64,000 nucleotides of DNA, from contig JALAGF010005392.1 of assembly GCA_030167865.1 (NCBI GenBank), positions 1-64,000 of the forward strand. The letters run 5' to 3'. The translations under genes were made by a program, and so were the position numbers. The stretch comes from Craspedostauros australis (taxonomy: Eukaryota). Every line of letters begins with the position of its first letter. Position 1 is the stretch's first letter. This document shows, one piece after another, positions 13,139 to 27,046 of this stretch. Below the pieces are notes generated by a model. The model made no database searches. It saw only the letters and a list, made by a program, of their open reading frames with translations, and was not told where the DNA came from.

Positions 13139-14018
13139 ATGGGTGAAATGGTTGCGAATGACCTAAGCAATAGTAGAACGATGAATGATGCGGTTCTCGT
13201 CAATGACCGAGCAACTGACGACTTTGCCATCGCACCAACCTCGGACACAGCGCAGATCGTGGTCGAGCTCGTGAAGCATTTCTACACAGTCGAGCATCGT
13301 GACCTCATTCCGGCGTCGCACGGATGGCAGCACGTGAATGCTGTGTACATGCACTCCTGCCACGCAATCGCTTCATGCCCGAAGCTCCAGCGGTCGATCA
13401 CCGGCAAGGCGGAGGGCGATCAACGGAAGCAACGAGAGCGCACCGAGATCCAAATCGCCTCCCTGCTGCACGATGTGGACGATCACAAGTACTTCCCGCA
13501 CGTTCGTGAAGCGCAGCAGAATTGTGGACAAGCCGAGTCCAGCTTCGCCGGTCTTGGCGCAGCGTATCCCAATGCTCATCGCATCATGTTGCGAGCCAAT
13601 GAGCAGCTCAATGCAACCAGCATGCCATCACAAGCATCGCAACGTGACACCATATCAACAGCATCGCAAATTGCCATCCTCCAGATGATATCCTGGGTCT
13701 CGTGTTCCCAGAACGGCAACTCCATCCCGCCCGCCCTGGACGATCAGTACCACAGATTGATCCCACGCTGGTCCGATCGATTGGAAGCGGTTGGGAAGAT
13801 TGGCGTGATCCGCTGCTACCAGTACACGTTGGAGAAGCAACGGCCGTTGCATCGGCCAGGCGTGACGCCGCGTCCCGCATCGGTGGAGGAAGTTTGGAGT
13901 CGGTATGCTACGCCGCAGCGATTTGAAGCGTACTGCGGTGGGGCGCCTACCGGCAAGGGAGGAAAGAAGGAAGTTGCAGAAGAATCCAAGAGCGCCAAAG
14001 GGAATGCCAAGGAGGCTG

Positions 14019-14071
<53 letters not shown>

Positions 14072-14263
14072 ATGATATCGCACTACTATGACAAGCTTCT
14101 GCACGTGGCGCGTCCGCCACCATCGATCGTGCACAATGCGTACCTGGAACGCAAGGCGATGGAGTGCTGCGAACCATTGCTGCATATCTGCATGTCGTAT
14201 GGCAAGACGAGAGAAGTGGATGTGGACTACATTCATGGACTTCAGCTTGAGTTGAAGCGATGA
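13139..14263 (+). CDS. HD-domain metal-dependent phosphohydrolase
   Basis: SHGWQHVNAV, SLLHDVDDHKY, SDRLEAVGKIGVIR and HYYDKLL match the H...HD...D pattern. The start may be ATG 13139, 13148 or 13181. Confidence 0.85.
14021..14071 (+). repeat. Perfect (GAC)17 coding repeat (poly-Asp)
   Basis: 51 bp of uninterrupted GAC in frame within the HD gene. Confidence 0.95.
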
Positions 14264-14939
14264 TATCAGATGGAAGAGTCCTCTCTGTTGCTCGTTCTCT
14301 CTAGAACACTCGTACAGATGAGGGGTAGTGTCAAGTGGCAGAGGCTTCATAAATTGTTGGGTGTGATCATTTTCAGTGGCGTGAAGAGCTCCACGTTGCT
14401 GCCGATCACATCATCGAAACGGAACTTGATGGCGAAGCACAGCACGAGCGCAGAATGCACCTGAGTCCGACACGTGTCGTTCAGGTTGAGATAGCATTTG
14501 CTGCTGGGCGTCTTGTTACCAATACAAGTATTCCAACGCTGCCACCAAGTCAAAGGACAACAAAGCGAGGACTTCGCTCCGCGCGGCGACGCGTAATCAT
14601 GCGTTGGGCAAGAGGCATGGTCGCAGAAATGGTTCCATGTGGCACGAGATTGACGCGCACGCACGCACGGCGAAGGCAATTGTGAGATTGCTCTCCATGT
14701 TTGGTCGCAGAGCACTGTTTTTGGAGTATTGTACTGCATAGTATGGCATGGTATAGTATGGCATGGTATTCCATATAAAATATTGACGTTATTATCAATT
14801 CATGTTGATGTGGACGGCAAGAGCATTGGGAATGAGAGATGGTGTGTTTCTCTTTGGCAAAGCCGCACTGAGAGCTCCGACGGATCGGGCCTGGTCTCAG
14901 TGGGCATGACCCAGAGGTCCACCTGCTGCATTCTCATGA

Positions 14940-16148
<1,209 letters not shown>

Positions 16149-19100
16149 CGTTGCTGTTCTTGTTGATCTTCTTGCCTATGGCTGTTCGGTGATGTATGGC
16201 GGGACGAAGATGTGCAAATGAATGGGGTGTTGCAATAACGAATGGCTTGTACGAGCACACGTGTTTGCGGTAACCTCTTGCGTCTTCTGCGTTTGTGTGC
16301 GAATTGCTTTTCCTTTCTTCTTCCTTTCTCTCTCTCTCTCTGTGTGCGTTGCGTTTGGTGTTCGGACTCTTCTTGTTCCAGGCTTGCCGCATGGTGTCAG
16401 GTCGTATCAGTGACGGGCATGTCTCACACTCGCCCAGGTTGTTGCGTGGCGATTTCGCGTGGGTTTGGACATCACGAACCACAACGAGAACGACAAGAAC
16501 GACAAGAACGACATCAGCAGCGCGTCAACACCAACATCCAACACAGATTTCTCTCTTGGATGCTCCACGATGCGACACGACACACAACGAAGGAATCGAC
16601 AGAACACGACACGAAATCAAATTTTTCACAGAACTGGAGAGAACATTCGATTCAAGAATGTGACGTATCGTAGCCAATCGCAGAAGTCACAACAATAGAT
16701 GACTTGCGAGGTCTGTATCCTGTGGTCGACTGTATCAATCGGGAATGACAATGCCACGATCTGTTCCAAACGTGGAAGCAGAATCATATAGTAAGTTACG
16801 GTATAAAACATAAACTTTGAATAAAATATACTTTATTCGTGTGTTATGAAAGAAAAATCGGGACTCCTTGGTTCCGACAGAATTCACGGCATCCTAAGAA
16901 CAAGATCCTTGACGATTGTGCCGATGGATCTGCTACACGATCTTTGATGTCTCTCGCGTGTCCCCAAGATCGATGGCCCAACGATTGCGAGAGTGAAAGC
17001 GGAAATGGTGTTGGGTTCGCACGAGGACGGTGCGATCAATGTGCGTTTGTCGAGGGAAAGCAGCAACAACATAGAGCAACAACAGAACAGCACAGACCAA
17101 AACCTAAGCAATCCGAATCAGAGGTCACGAGTCCCAAGCGATTCAACGTCGCCAGGGATCTGCCGATCGCCGGACAAAGCACCCCATCTACTCAGTTCTC
17201 CCTCTGTTTCTCTACCTTGTGCCACATCTTGCCACATCGGCATCACATCACGTCTCGATCCAGATCTGTTACTCCCCGCCTCATCCAGTTGGTGTCCAGA
17301 AATGCAAATGCATTTGGATACGCCCACGTGTGTCCACACGTCTGACATGACAAAAACGCAAACATATACAGAAAATGCAAATGCACCAAGCGAATGAAAG
17401 TGCACAATCGGCTTGCCTTCACAATCTTCCTCCCCGTCCAACGCACCCAAGAGAAGGAGTTGTTGGATGGCTGAGATGGCGATCTTTGTTCAGCCCTCTT
17501 CTTTGGTTCGGATCGATGTTGGCGTGCCATTTCCAGTCGCCAATCATCTTGCACCAACCCCCGAGGCGTGTGCGCGCGACTGATGCGGCCATTCGCGGGT
17601 GATGTGCGCCATCGATCGCCCGCTCTCGCATTCAGGCGAGCATGGTACAGTAACAAGGACGGCACCTTATCAGTAGATCGTAGAATAACTTCCACGTGTG
17701 CATGCCATACGCATGACTGCATCTGTGATGAGTGTTCTGCTATGTGCATCGTACCATCAGCCTACTTGTAGCTTGTGCAGCCCCGACAGCAACAGGTGGA
17801 CGGTTCCAGTCTCCAACAGTGAGGTTAACAAAGCCCCGGCGAAAAGCAACAAGTACGCAATGAAGGAGGATAAGGCCTCAACCATCTCGCCTCCGCCACG
17901 ACATCAGTCCTTCCCATGTTCCTCCAAGAAGAGAGAGAGAGGGGTATGGTCACGCATGCGTTCATGGCGCCTGTGAAAGGAGATTGTATTGGGAAGAAAC
18001 CCAACTTGAAGGTTGACCGATTGGGACACGAACATGAACATGAATGCGATTGTGAGTGTGAGTGTGAGTACGAGTCGGATGTAAAATGAGGAGGTTGCTG
18101 CATCGAATTCTCTTTGGGTGTTCTTTGCCGGCTTCTGACATGGAACTTGTGGCTTCTCTTCCGCACACCCAATGGAATTTGCACTTAAGACGGATCCAAC
18201 TGAGCCGCAGTACCTCTGTCTTCACATAACGACTCCGTGATTCATATTCTTGAAGTCGACAACATGTCACCCACACCAATGGTTCAGTCTCTTCGTTTGC
18301 TGTATCAAACGCAAACAAGGGCAGCAAAGAGCGAAGTGAAGTAGAGGAGAGTGCCCTCGCAGAGCAGAGCGGATTGCGATCTGTATTCCTGACGTGCACC
18401 ACACAACAATGTATGGTCGCTTGTACGAACTTTACAACGAACAATGTACAACAGATGCCATCCGCGGAAGGCAAGGACAGAAACAAGGAGGAGGTCCAGC
18501 TCGTCCGCTGGCCCTATTCGTATTTGTATTCGTATTCGTAGTACAACAGATGTAGAAAGACAACTCCCGACATGTCCATCGAAATACACATCTCCGCCAC
18601 CTCAAGGGCCCGTTGCAAAACAGCCTTCTTGTGCACAAAACGGAAGTGAACGTTACAGTCCCTGGGTTGTGACAAACAAGGTACGACAGGAGTTCGTCGT
18701 TCGTACCCGCCGCTATCCATCCACAACAACGAATGGTGGCGCTGCCACTGCCAACGCGAGTACCACACGAATACAAAGATCGTCATTGCCATCGTGACTG
18801 TCTGCCACCATCGTCATCATCATCATCATCATCTCCTTTTCGACACAGCACTTTGGTGTCCGTTTTTGCAAATGCAACATCATGAGCCCTTGAAGGAAGA
18901 ACATCTCATTTTATCACCGTCATACAGTTTTTGCAGAGAACAACCACGCACGCACCAGAAAAGGCAAACAACAATTAGGAATCGATCGATATCTCTTGTC
19001 TTCGCATCATAATTTGATTCTTCATCAATTCGGACCCACGAGGATAAGCATAGTGGTAGGTACTGCGGCTGGAATGGAAAGTCTGTTGCTGGTTTGGGGT

Positions 19101-19542
19101 GGAAAACGGAACTTTGCCTTTCGGTTCTTCTTCCGTGGGTGCTTGCGTCCATTTCTTCGATGGGATCCTTGGTTGGCCTGTTCTGGTCTTCAACGACCAT
19201 CTCTGTTTGCGTCCAGGACGCCAACCTGATGGTTGTGTTGCCCATACATGCACACGCACGCGCTCACATGGAACAGAAGGCGTTCCCCGCAATAGCATAG
19301 CATAGCATACCACACCATACAGCCATCATCGGCAGTCCAACATCTTCTTTGTCGTTATCATCGACAACGTCCACATCATCGCTACACTCAGCTCACAAAA
19401 TCAACTCGTCTCTCCACCGCGACAAACTTGCCCCGATCTACTCGACACCAACTCGATGCCAACTGGACATTCGTATTGCGATTCGCATTCCCCCATCCAC
19501 CCTCGGCCGAAACAGATCCCTTCACACTCACATCTCACCGCC

Positions 19543-21708
19543 ATGTTGACAACATTAAAGGCATACCACCGTGATCCGCAACCACCACACCTGATCCCTT
19601 GCGAATCGTACAGCTCATCTTCGTACGAAGAAAGTGGCGAGCTCCTCATGAAGCCAGCTGGTGCTTCGCGCCCTCCACAAAAGGCAGAGCCCAAGCAGAG
19701 CCCAGTCCATCACCACAACCACAGCACCAGCCCACATGCACCCTCTGGTACTGCCCACAAGCCGCAACCACCTCCTCCCTCCACCTCAAGTCCAAACAGG
19801 AGCCAGTATCAGAGCGCCTTGCTCGGCGTCATCACAGATGAAGTGATCAGTTCCTTTGGCGGCATCGTCATCGACGCTGTTGCGGATGTCGGACGCGAGG
19901 GCACAGCTTCAGGCTCGCACACCAAGCCAAGCATGCCATCCAAAGCTGCTGCCAGCGACATCACTCACAGGAACACCAGCAACAGCAACCTCAAGGCTGG
20001 GATGCATCAGCAGAACTCCAGGATGTCAGAAGATCGTCTCCTTCTCTCTCCTTCTCGGCAAGCCAAGCGCAACAGCATGAGCAAGGCCACGAAGCTCCAC
20101 AGACAGTCGTCAAGCAGACGCCGTCGTGATAGCAACGGCAAGGACAGTACCAGCAGCAACCATAGCAAGGGGAGCAACAGCAAAGGTAATGGTAAAGGTA
20201 GAGTCAGGAACAAGGACCACAGCAAGGACAAGATCAAGAAGGCCTCCCTCAAGAGGGCAAGCACTCATGGCAAACCACGCAGTTCGCGATATGTTGCTGC
20301 TTCCGACATGCAAACCGAATCGAGCCATTCATCGCACCACAGCTTCACCCAAGTATCATATGACCACAACATGAGCCCGAACGCGCTGGCGGATCTCTAC
20401 TACTCCCACATCGCCGGTGAAGATCCATCCGAATCATTCCACCTCGACAATTCCGACCATCACGAGGACACCTTGGAACCTTGCGTCGTTGGCAATCCGT
20501 CCACAGTGCAGGATACCGCAACGGAAGAACAGGATGACATGGATAATATGGACCTGTGCTCCTTTGCCGAGCTGGACTTGGAGGCCCTGATCTTTGGGAG
20601 CGCCAAGGACATTCATCCATCCGCCATCGGGACCTCTTCTCACCATACTGCGATGCTGGACAACAGCGGCGACGGCCTGATGCGAAGCACCGATTTTTGT
20701 GCCACACAAACACAGGAAGGAATGCGCCTCAGCGAAGTTCGAGCCCATGTCATGAGCAGCGTCCCAAACCATCTTCTCAAGCACATCCCGGAGGAAGCCT
20801 GGGAGGAGATCTTCGAAGCGACGCACTCTGGCACATCCAAACTATCCAGCAACGAGACGATGTCCTCAAAGCCATCGAACGAGTCCTTCGAACCCCACCC
20901 CATGGATTGCCTTGCCATCGACGGCATCAAGGACAAGCACAATACGATGTGCCACAGCCATCGCAGAGCTGGCGCAACGAGCGCCTCAACCTACTCCCAG
21001 GATGCTTCAAACAGCAACAACAACCACACCAACGACGATGACGACGACGACGACTCTGTGGCGACCGGCATGTCATCCCTCACTGACGCATTCGAGCCAT
21101 TGACGGATGTGGAGGAGTACCAGCTCGACCATCCCGTCCCCACCAGCCCAAGCCATGATGCTGTGGTCCGCCCCAGCACGCGGAGAGGCAGCCTGAAGGA
21201 GGTGCAGGATCCTTTCAAGCCACAAAGCACCGCCACTCGCACCACCATCGCCACCCTGTCCTCGCACCGAACGTCGCCACGTGCTGCTGCCCCCAAGAAG
21301 CGCGTGAGCTTCGGCGATGTCACCATCCGGCATTACCGACGCATCCTCTCTGACAATCCATCCTGCTATTCCGGTCCCAGCATCGGCATTGGTTGGAAGT
21401 ACAGGCGCGCCGGCGACTTCACGGTCGACGACTGGGAGCGCCGCAAACCGGTTCCGCGCAAACCGTCTGAGATGATCATGCCGCGCGAGGAGCGCACGAT
21501 GCTCGTGATGGAGCTGGGATACGATCCCATGGAGGTCGCGGACGCCATCCGGCGCAAGCTGCGCCTGCAGAACCGTCGCAAGCAGACCATCCAGAACCTC
21601 AACGCGGCACCGATGGAAGAGGCGATTGAAAACGTCAAGCAACGCATCCGATCCGTCCTCAAGTTCGCGACACGCAAGAGGTTGATCAAGTCGAACGCAG
21701 ACGCGTGA
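19543..21708 (+). CDS. Disordered protein with C-terminal RVxF-led conserved domain (paralogue A)
   Basis: Intronless ORF, open from 19456, with likely ATG 19543. C-terminus is KKRVSFGDVTIRHY...SDNPS...GPSIGIGW...REER...LGY...NRRKQTIQNL...MEE, shared with three neighbouring genes. Confidence 0.85.
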   Translation: MLTTLKAYHRDPQPPHLIPCESYSSSSYEESGELLMKPAGASRPPQKAEPKQSPVHHHNHSTSPHAPSGTAHKPQPPPPSTSSPNRSQYQSALLGVITDEVISSFGGIVIDAVADVGREGTASGSHTKPSMPSKAAASDITHRNTSNSNLKAGMHQQNSRMSEDRLLLSPSRQAKRNSMSKATKLHRQSSSRRRRDSNGKDSTSSNHSKGSNSKGNGKGRVRNKDHSKDKIKKASLKRASTHGKPRSSRYVAASDMQTESSHSSHHSFTQVSYDHNMSPNALADLYYSHIAGEDPSESFHLDNSDHHEDTLEPCVVGNPSTVQDTATEEQDDMDNMDLCSFAELDLEALIFGSAKDIHPSAIGTSSHHTAMLDNSGDGLMRSTDFCATQTQEGMRLSEVRAHVMSSVPNHLLKHIPEEAWEEIFEATHSGTSKLSSNETMSSKPSNESFEPHPMDCLAIDGIKDKHNTMCHSHRRAGATSASTYSQDASNSNNNHTNDDDDDDDSVATGMSSLTDAFEPLTDVEEYQLDHPVPTSPSHDAVVRPSTRRGSLKEVQDPFKPQSTATRTTIATLSSHRTSPRAAAPKKRVSFGDVTIRHYRRILSDNPSCYSGPSIGIGWKYRRAGDFTVDDWERRKPVPRKPSEMIMPREERTMLVMELGYDPMEVADAIRRKLRLQNRRKQTIQNLNAAPMEEAIENVKQRIRSVLKFATRKRLIKSNADA

Positions 21709-22290
21709 TCAGGCTCTGGTCGAAGCATCGACTGTATGTAATCGATACGAATGAGTAAGCGAGGATTACACGATAGATGATTGAATGTATTCTAAGTGTA
21801 AACAAGAGGAGAGTACCCACAATAGGAATAGAACGAACTCCGAACATATTATACGAATTATAGATCGTACATTGTGCCTTATCATGCAGTACTTGCCGTT
21901 GTGCATGTTGCCCAAGAACACAAAACAAAAGATACGCAACTGCAATGCTGACACGGAAGGGTGGTGGGACTCCCCGGAGTTGGATGGTTGTGTGGTTAGA
22001 CTAAATAGTGTACGACCTACGATAATAGCACTCTCTCTCTCTACCTCTCCAGAGAGTGTTGCACTACTTCCACTCATTCTCATTTGGGATCGGCGGCAAT
22101 CCTTTCCTTGATAACGGAACGAATGATCTGGATACAACTTTCTGATGCTCTTCAAAAGCCAACAGAAGGGTCTGATCATGTGGGATTGTGCAGAGTAAGC
22201 TTGCGAGGCGGCGCTGCGATGCTCCATGGCGTGCTTCCATCATGAGCAAGTACGATGCTGCGATTGATATCCGCTGGCCTTGATTGGGCA

Positions 22291-22459
22291 TTACATGGCT
22301 CTGGCCTTGTGCTTCTTCGTGCGTTTGCCGTTGCGTCGCTTCTTGTTGCATGACGACTTTGGCGCAGCGGCTGCCTGAGTGGTTGCCTGAGTGGCTGCCT
22401 TGGCCTGCGTCTGTCCCTTTCGTTTTTGGTAAGTCTTGCGCTTGTGCTTTCGTCTATTC

Positions 22460-22490
<31 letters not shown>

Positions 22491-23004
22491 TGCGAGTTGG
22501 TGCAATGGAAGTTGTTGTGGTCGTTGGCATTGCTGCTGCTGATGTGCTCTTCAGTGTGACGGCGTTGACAACCAAGATGGCGGACCGCGACTTCATCGAC
22601 TGACCATCCGCATACATGGAAGCGCTGATGGGAGACGAAGACGGGCTCGTCGTCGCCGTCGTCGTGGTGATGGTGGTGGCAACAGCCTTCCGTGGCGATG
22701 ATATGAAGCCAGCGTGAGAAGCGTCATCATCCCAAGAATCATGGTGTGAGAGATCCTCAGTGCCCTCGGTGCCGAACGAAGGCGTCGCCTCGATCAGGTC
22801 GAACTTGCCCTCAAGATGGTTCAGCGCCACGAAGTCCTCGTAGCTGAGGGCCCTCGACGATTTGCGGTGCAGCCGGTTACGGCTCAGATGGCTCTCATCT
22901 TCCTGTTCAGTTGGCAGGTCCGTGCGTTCGGACAAGCCCAAGAAGGCACCAGACTTGGCTCTGGTGATGTCATCCTCCATGCAGTTCGAGATTGCTTGTC
23001 CCAT
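22291..23004 (-). CDS. Hypothetical 237-aa protein, predicted N-myristoylated, basic C-terminus
   Basis: ORF begins MGQAISNC (Gly2, Ser6, Cys8) after a CAA-rich leader. It has a coding-like core (LSYEDFVALNHLEGKFDLIEATPSF) and a Lys/Arg-rich tail. Confidence 0.6.
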
Positions 23005-26000
23005 CTTTGCCTGTTGCTTGATGATGTTGTTGCTGTTGCTGTTGTTGCTGTTGGTAGCGGTGCTTCTGGTGTTTGTTCTTTCCTTGTGTCTTGTGCTTTG
23101 TGATAGTCCGCGGTTCCTTTGCGCACTGTGGAGAAGTTGCAGTTGTACTTGGTGTTGTCGCTGTCGCTGTCGTACCTTTGTGCACGGATGGATGCTGTGT
23201 CAGGCGATGTTGTCTCTTTGGATTTGGTTCAAACAGGTGTCAAGCGGAGCGTCGTCACCAACTTGTTGTGTGGGATGAGCATCGCCCCGTTCGCGTGTTC
23301 ATGTGCTTTGTTCATCTGGTTACTCGTGCCTGTACGCGTACTTCGATTCACGTGATCAGTCGATGTGGTTTGTTTGAGCGAGCGGTTTGGGATTCAAGTT
23401 CAAACATCGCAGAAAATCACGAGGGTACAACGTTCCACCTGATCAACCGTTACACCGGATCACAATATTAACGTCTTGGCACATACAAATGGCGATGTGA
23501 TTCATCAAGTCGTCTGAGTCATCCGCTGCTCGACAGAACGAACAGGCCACACGCGCAACTGTTTCCTCCGTGTCCTTGATTGGTGGCAGTTTGTGTCTTC
23601 GTGATTCATCCGGGAATCCGAACGTGATCGTGACTGCTGATCCGCTTCACAAAGACGAACACGATGTGTGAGTCGTGTTCGTGTGTCCGAAAACGGAAGA
23701 ACGTGCGTCACTCGGACAAAGCACAACCTCGCTTATCAGTGTACAACACGTTCGCATTGGTCGTGGAAGTGACCCAATGAGTTAGCGTGGGCACTTGTTA
23801 CCTCCGCCAAAGATGTCCGAATCGATCGAAGGTGTTTTGCGATGTCATTTAGGTGTGACCTTCCGTGCTTCTGGTCCACAGTCCGTGGTTTCTTGGTGCG
23901 GCACTCAGTCGCGCGTGTGGTTAACCGGCACAGGTAGTACGTTCAGGTTTCTCCTTTTGTGTGGCGATGTGAGGATTTGTGTTGGCGAATCGCTGTTGTG
24001 AGTGTCACCAGAACCCCAGAGCCTGTTTCTCTTTTCGCTTCCGGCTTTTGTGCTCACATTTTGATTCAAGGTTGAATCTTCAGAGCCGTGGCAATGTTGG
24101 TGGACTGGTTCTCGCAGCTCGCCTGCTCATCACTCACCTATCCGTGGCTTGCCCTTTTGGCGTCGTGTCAGCGTCAGGTCAGTGTCAGTTCTGCGTTGGG
24201 ATGCCAATGTCATTTGCTGGTGAGCGCGCTTGCCTCGTGCGAGAAGTTGTGATCAACCACCCATGGCTGGTGCGAGCACAACCACGACAGGCTGGAAATA
24301 CCCTTCTGCACAAACACTCCCATCATGGTGGATCGTACAGTGTTGGCTACACTGTGACGAGGCCACCTCCCGCTACATGTACACTTTCACTGCATGCAGC
24401 ATCAACAATACTGGCACAGGTGCGTGCATTCTTGAAGTGTTCTCCGATCACCCGTTGGACACTTCTATCTGCGATCACTGTGCCTCTTGTTCGAAACAAG
24501 ACCAGCCTCGAGTTGCTGTTCGACGGTCGTCCTCGGAGCCATGAAAGGGACGACTCCAAGTGTAGTAAGATTGAAGCCGCGCAGAAAGCAAGGGCAGAAA
24601 ATAAGTTGGCGATTTTGCGCTTATCCACCGATTTGCATGAAAGACTGGATCTAGATGGTGCAGGATAATACGAAGACAATATGCAAGGCAACACAAGATG
24701 TAGCCTGGCCTGTGGCATCCGCACTTTTCGCCACACATGATCATCGGAAAGCAGGACTTTCAATTAGTCTCGATCAGTGGTGCTCCTAGTCCCACTCTCA
24801 CATATTTCAGTTGTTGCTCTTGATGGTCGCCATGGTCGTGGGTATTCGTGGATAGTACGTGCTTGCGATACCTGTGTACAAATACTCCCAAAATGATGAT
24901 CGCAGGTCCAAGAGTCCATGGATTAAGTCCTCGGACACGTCAACGCGAGACGTACGGGATGCCACAACCGCGGACGGATTGACCATGGATCAAACGAACA
25001 AGGGTGGATTACGAGTTACAATATATGCCAGCAGGCTGCTCTGTCCCCTCTCGATGAGGCTCAGAACGCGCCCGTTTGCCCGAAATCGCACCGTGCTCAA
25101 GCCGCATGGGAGCAGGTCGTGTTCCATTCTTGATTGGTCAGCCCCCACGATGAGAGTGAAACAGAAGACGCGCATCCACACACGCTCATGATGGTTTGGC
25201 TGGGACGGCAGATTCATGGCGCGTACGAGCCATCAAGATGCTTCAAAATGCTCCAAGATGCATCAAGATGATGAATGTCTGGGTTTGCGGAAAGAGCAGG
25301 AACTTCGGGGATGCGAGGGCCTTTGCAGCGAGGCGAACATGACATGCCACTTCATGTGTGGGGGAGCCGCAAGTTCTTTCGATGGGCTACTTTGTTGATG
25401 GATGAGCGGGGAAGCAAATTTCTCTCTTGGAGAAATAGAGTGCAACACTATGCCTTGTTAAGGTGGTGCCATCGACTCCTTTGGCCCAGCCAACAAACTG
25501 TGGGAATTATGGTCGAGATCGGCGTTGCATTTCCATTTGTCGCTCGCTGGTGTCCCCATCGACGTCCTCCGGTCCTTGGCTTCGTGCATCCACCAGAACT
25601 TCGACTCTGAGCGCGTGGTCCGTCCCCCCTGACTTCTTGTGATCGCTTCTGCTTTGGTTTCTTCCGAAGCGCCGTTTGATCAGAAACAGTTGCGTCGGCC
25701 GGGGGGATTATGTCCCAGCGACTCCCTTCAGTATGAAGATGTGTGCGGAGGTCTTGCGAGGCTGTTCATGCTCTGCCAGACACGACCGTTCTTGTGCTAC
25801 ACTGGAGATGGAGCACTTCGGGAGTGAGAATGCTTTGTGAGCGATTATCAGATGTACAATAGAATATAATGCAGCAGTAAAACGCGATAGATCGCTCGAA
25901 AGCTTCCGAGAAGCCAAGGGAGGACACGCAAAGCACACTGGACAGCGACGGCACTAGCAAGAACACGTACCATTGATCTGCTCAATTGTGGATCCTCACC

Positions 26001-27046
26001 TTGATGCCCTCGCGACTACTCCGCGTGTGCACGTGACTCGGAGCGTACCATCGACAGTTCAGGACACTGGTAGCCGCTGGTTGCTTTGTGCACTTTCGAG
26101 CGCCCATGGTTCATGGCTCTCTCACAACTGTTACCGCGCGCGTTCGTTGTTCTTGTGGTGGCGGTGATTCCAAAATGTGAGTGGGAAGCAACCTGCGGAA
26201 CCGTGTTGCTGTGGCGGGCACATTGATGACCCCCTTCCTTGGTGGAAATGTCCCCAGAAACTCTAAACCTGTGATAGTTGGTTCACTTAGGCCATAGGCC
26301 AAATGTCACAAGTCATGAATTAGCGCAAAGTCCGCGGACCGTTTGGGAAGCGCTGCGTGATGTGCGGAAGGGACAAATCATTTCGATCATACTTCCCCTT
26401 GTGTTGGAGAACGATGTGCGTAGCTGAATGCCGCTGTGTGGAATAGCCGCGTTAAATCCGCCGCTTCACCGAGAGGAAGACCAACAAAAAACGCGTTGCG
26501 GAATGGTGAGGTACAAGCAGTGCCACAGCGCACACCTGTCCGGCAACACTTCACAAAGCCCGAGGGAAGTATGGTGCGAAAAGAATCCAAAGAAGGAAAG
26601 AAGCAACCCAAAAAGGGAACAACATCGCTTGGGCAGCAACGACGTTAAATCCACCTCCCTCTGGTGAGTGGCGCACCAACTCTGCCTCCCTTCGCAGTCG
26701 CGTAACCTCCCACACCCAAACAGCTTCTTTTGATGCTGTCATGAGCACAATTTCACATATCTTCGTGCTCAACAACGTGCTTGCGAAGCACGTGGCCTCC
26801 ATCCACTCAGCTCCGCCTCCGCCCATACTTAGCCGCACTGATCCACACTGACCCACACTGATCCACACTTCCCAAACACATGAAAGAGGATACGATCACG
26901 AGCATTAAGCAAATCGTCGAGGCAGTCGCCATCTTCATCCAGCACGAGTAGCTCGTGCTGCAATCGCCACAACAACGGCTGCAACAAGCACAACAACAAG
27001 CGCAACAAATCCAAGGACTGGAAGGAGAAGACGGCATTGCCCAAGC

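Noticed and set aside
23800..26300. Coding-looking fragments (ORFs 23979-24668, 24347-24763) as a pseudogene or transposon
   Set aside because: No recognisable domain, terminal repeats or consistent frame. It cannot be supported without a search.
26503..26667. MVRYKQ... resembling a histone H3/CENH3 N-terminus
   Set aside because: Similarity ends after six residues and no histone fold was seen in the frames read.
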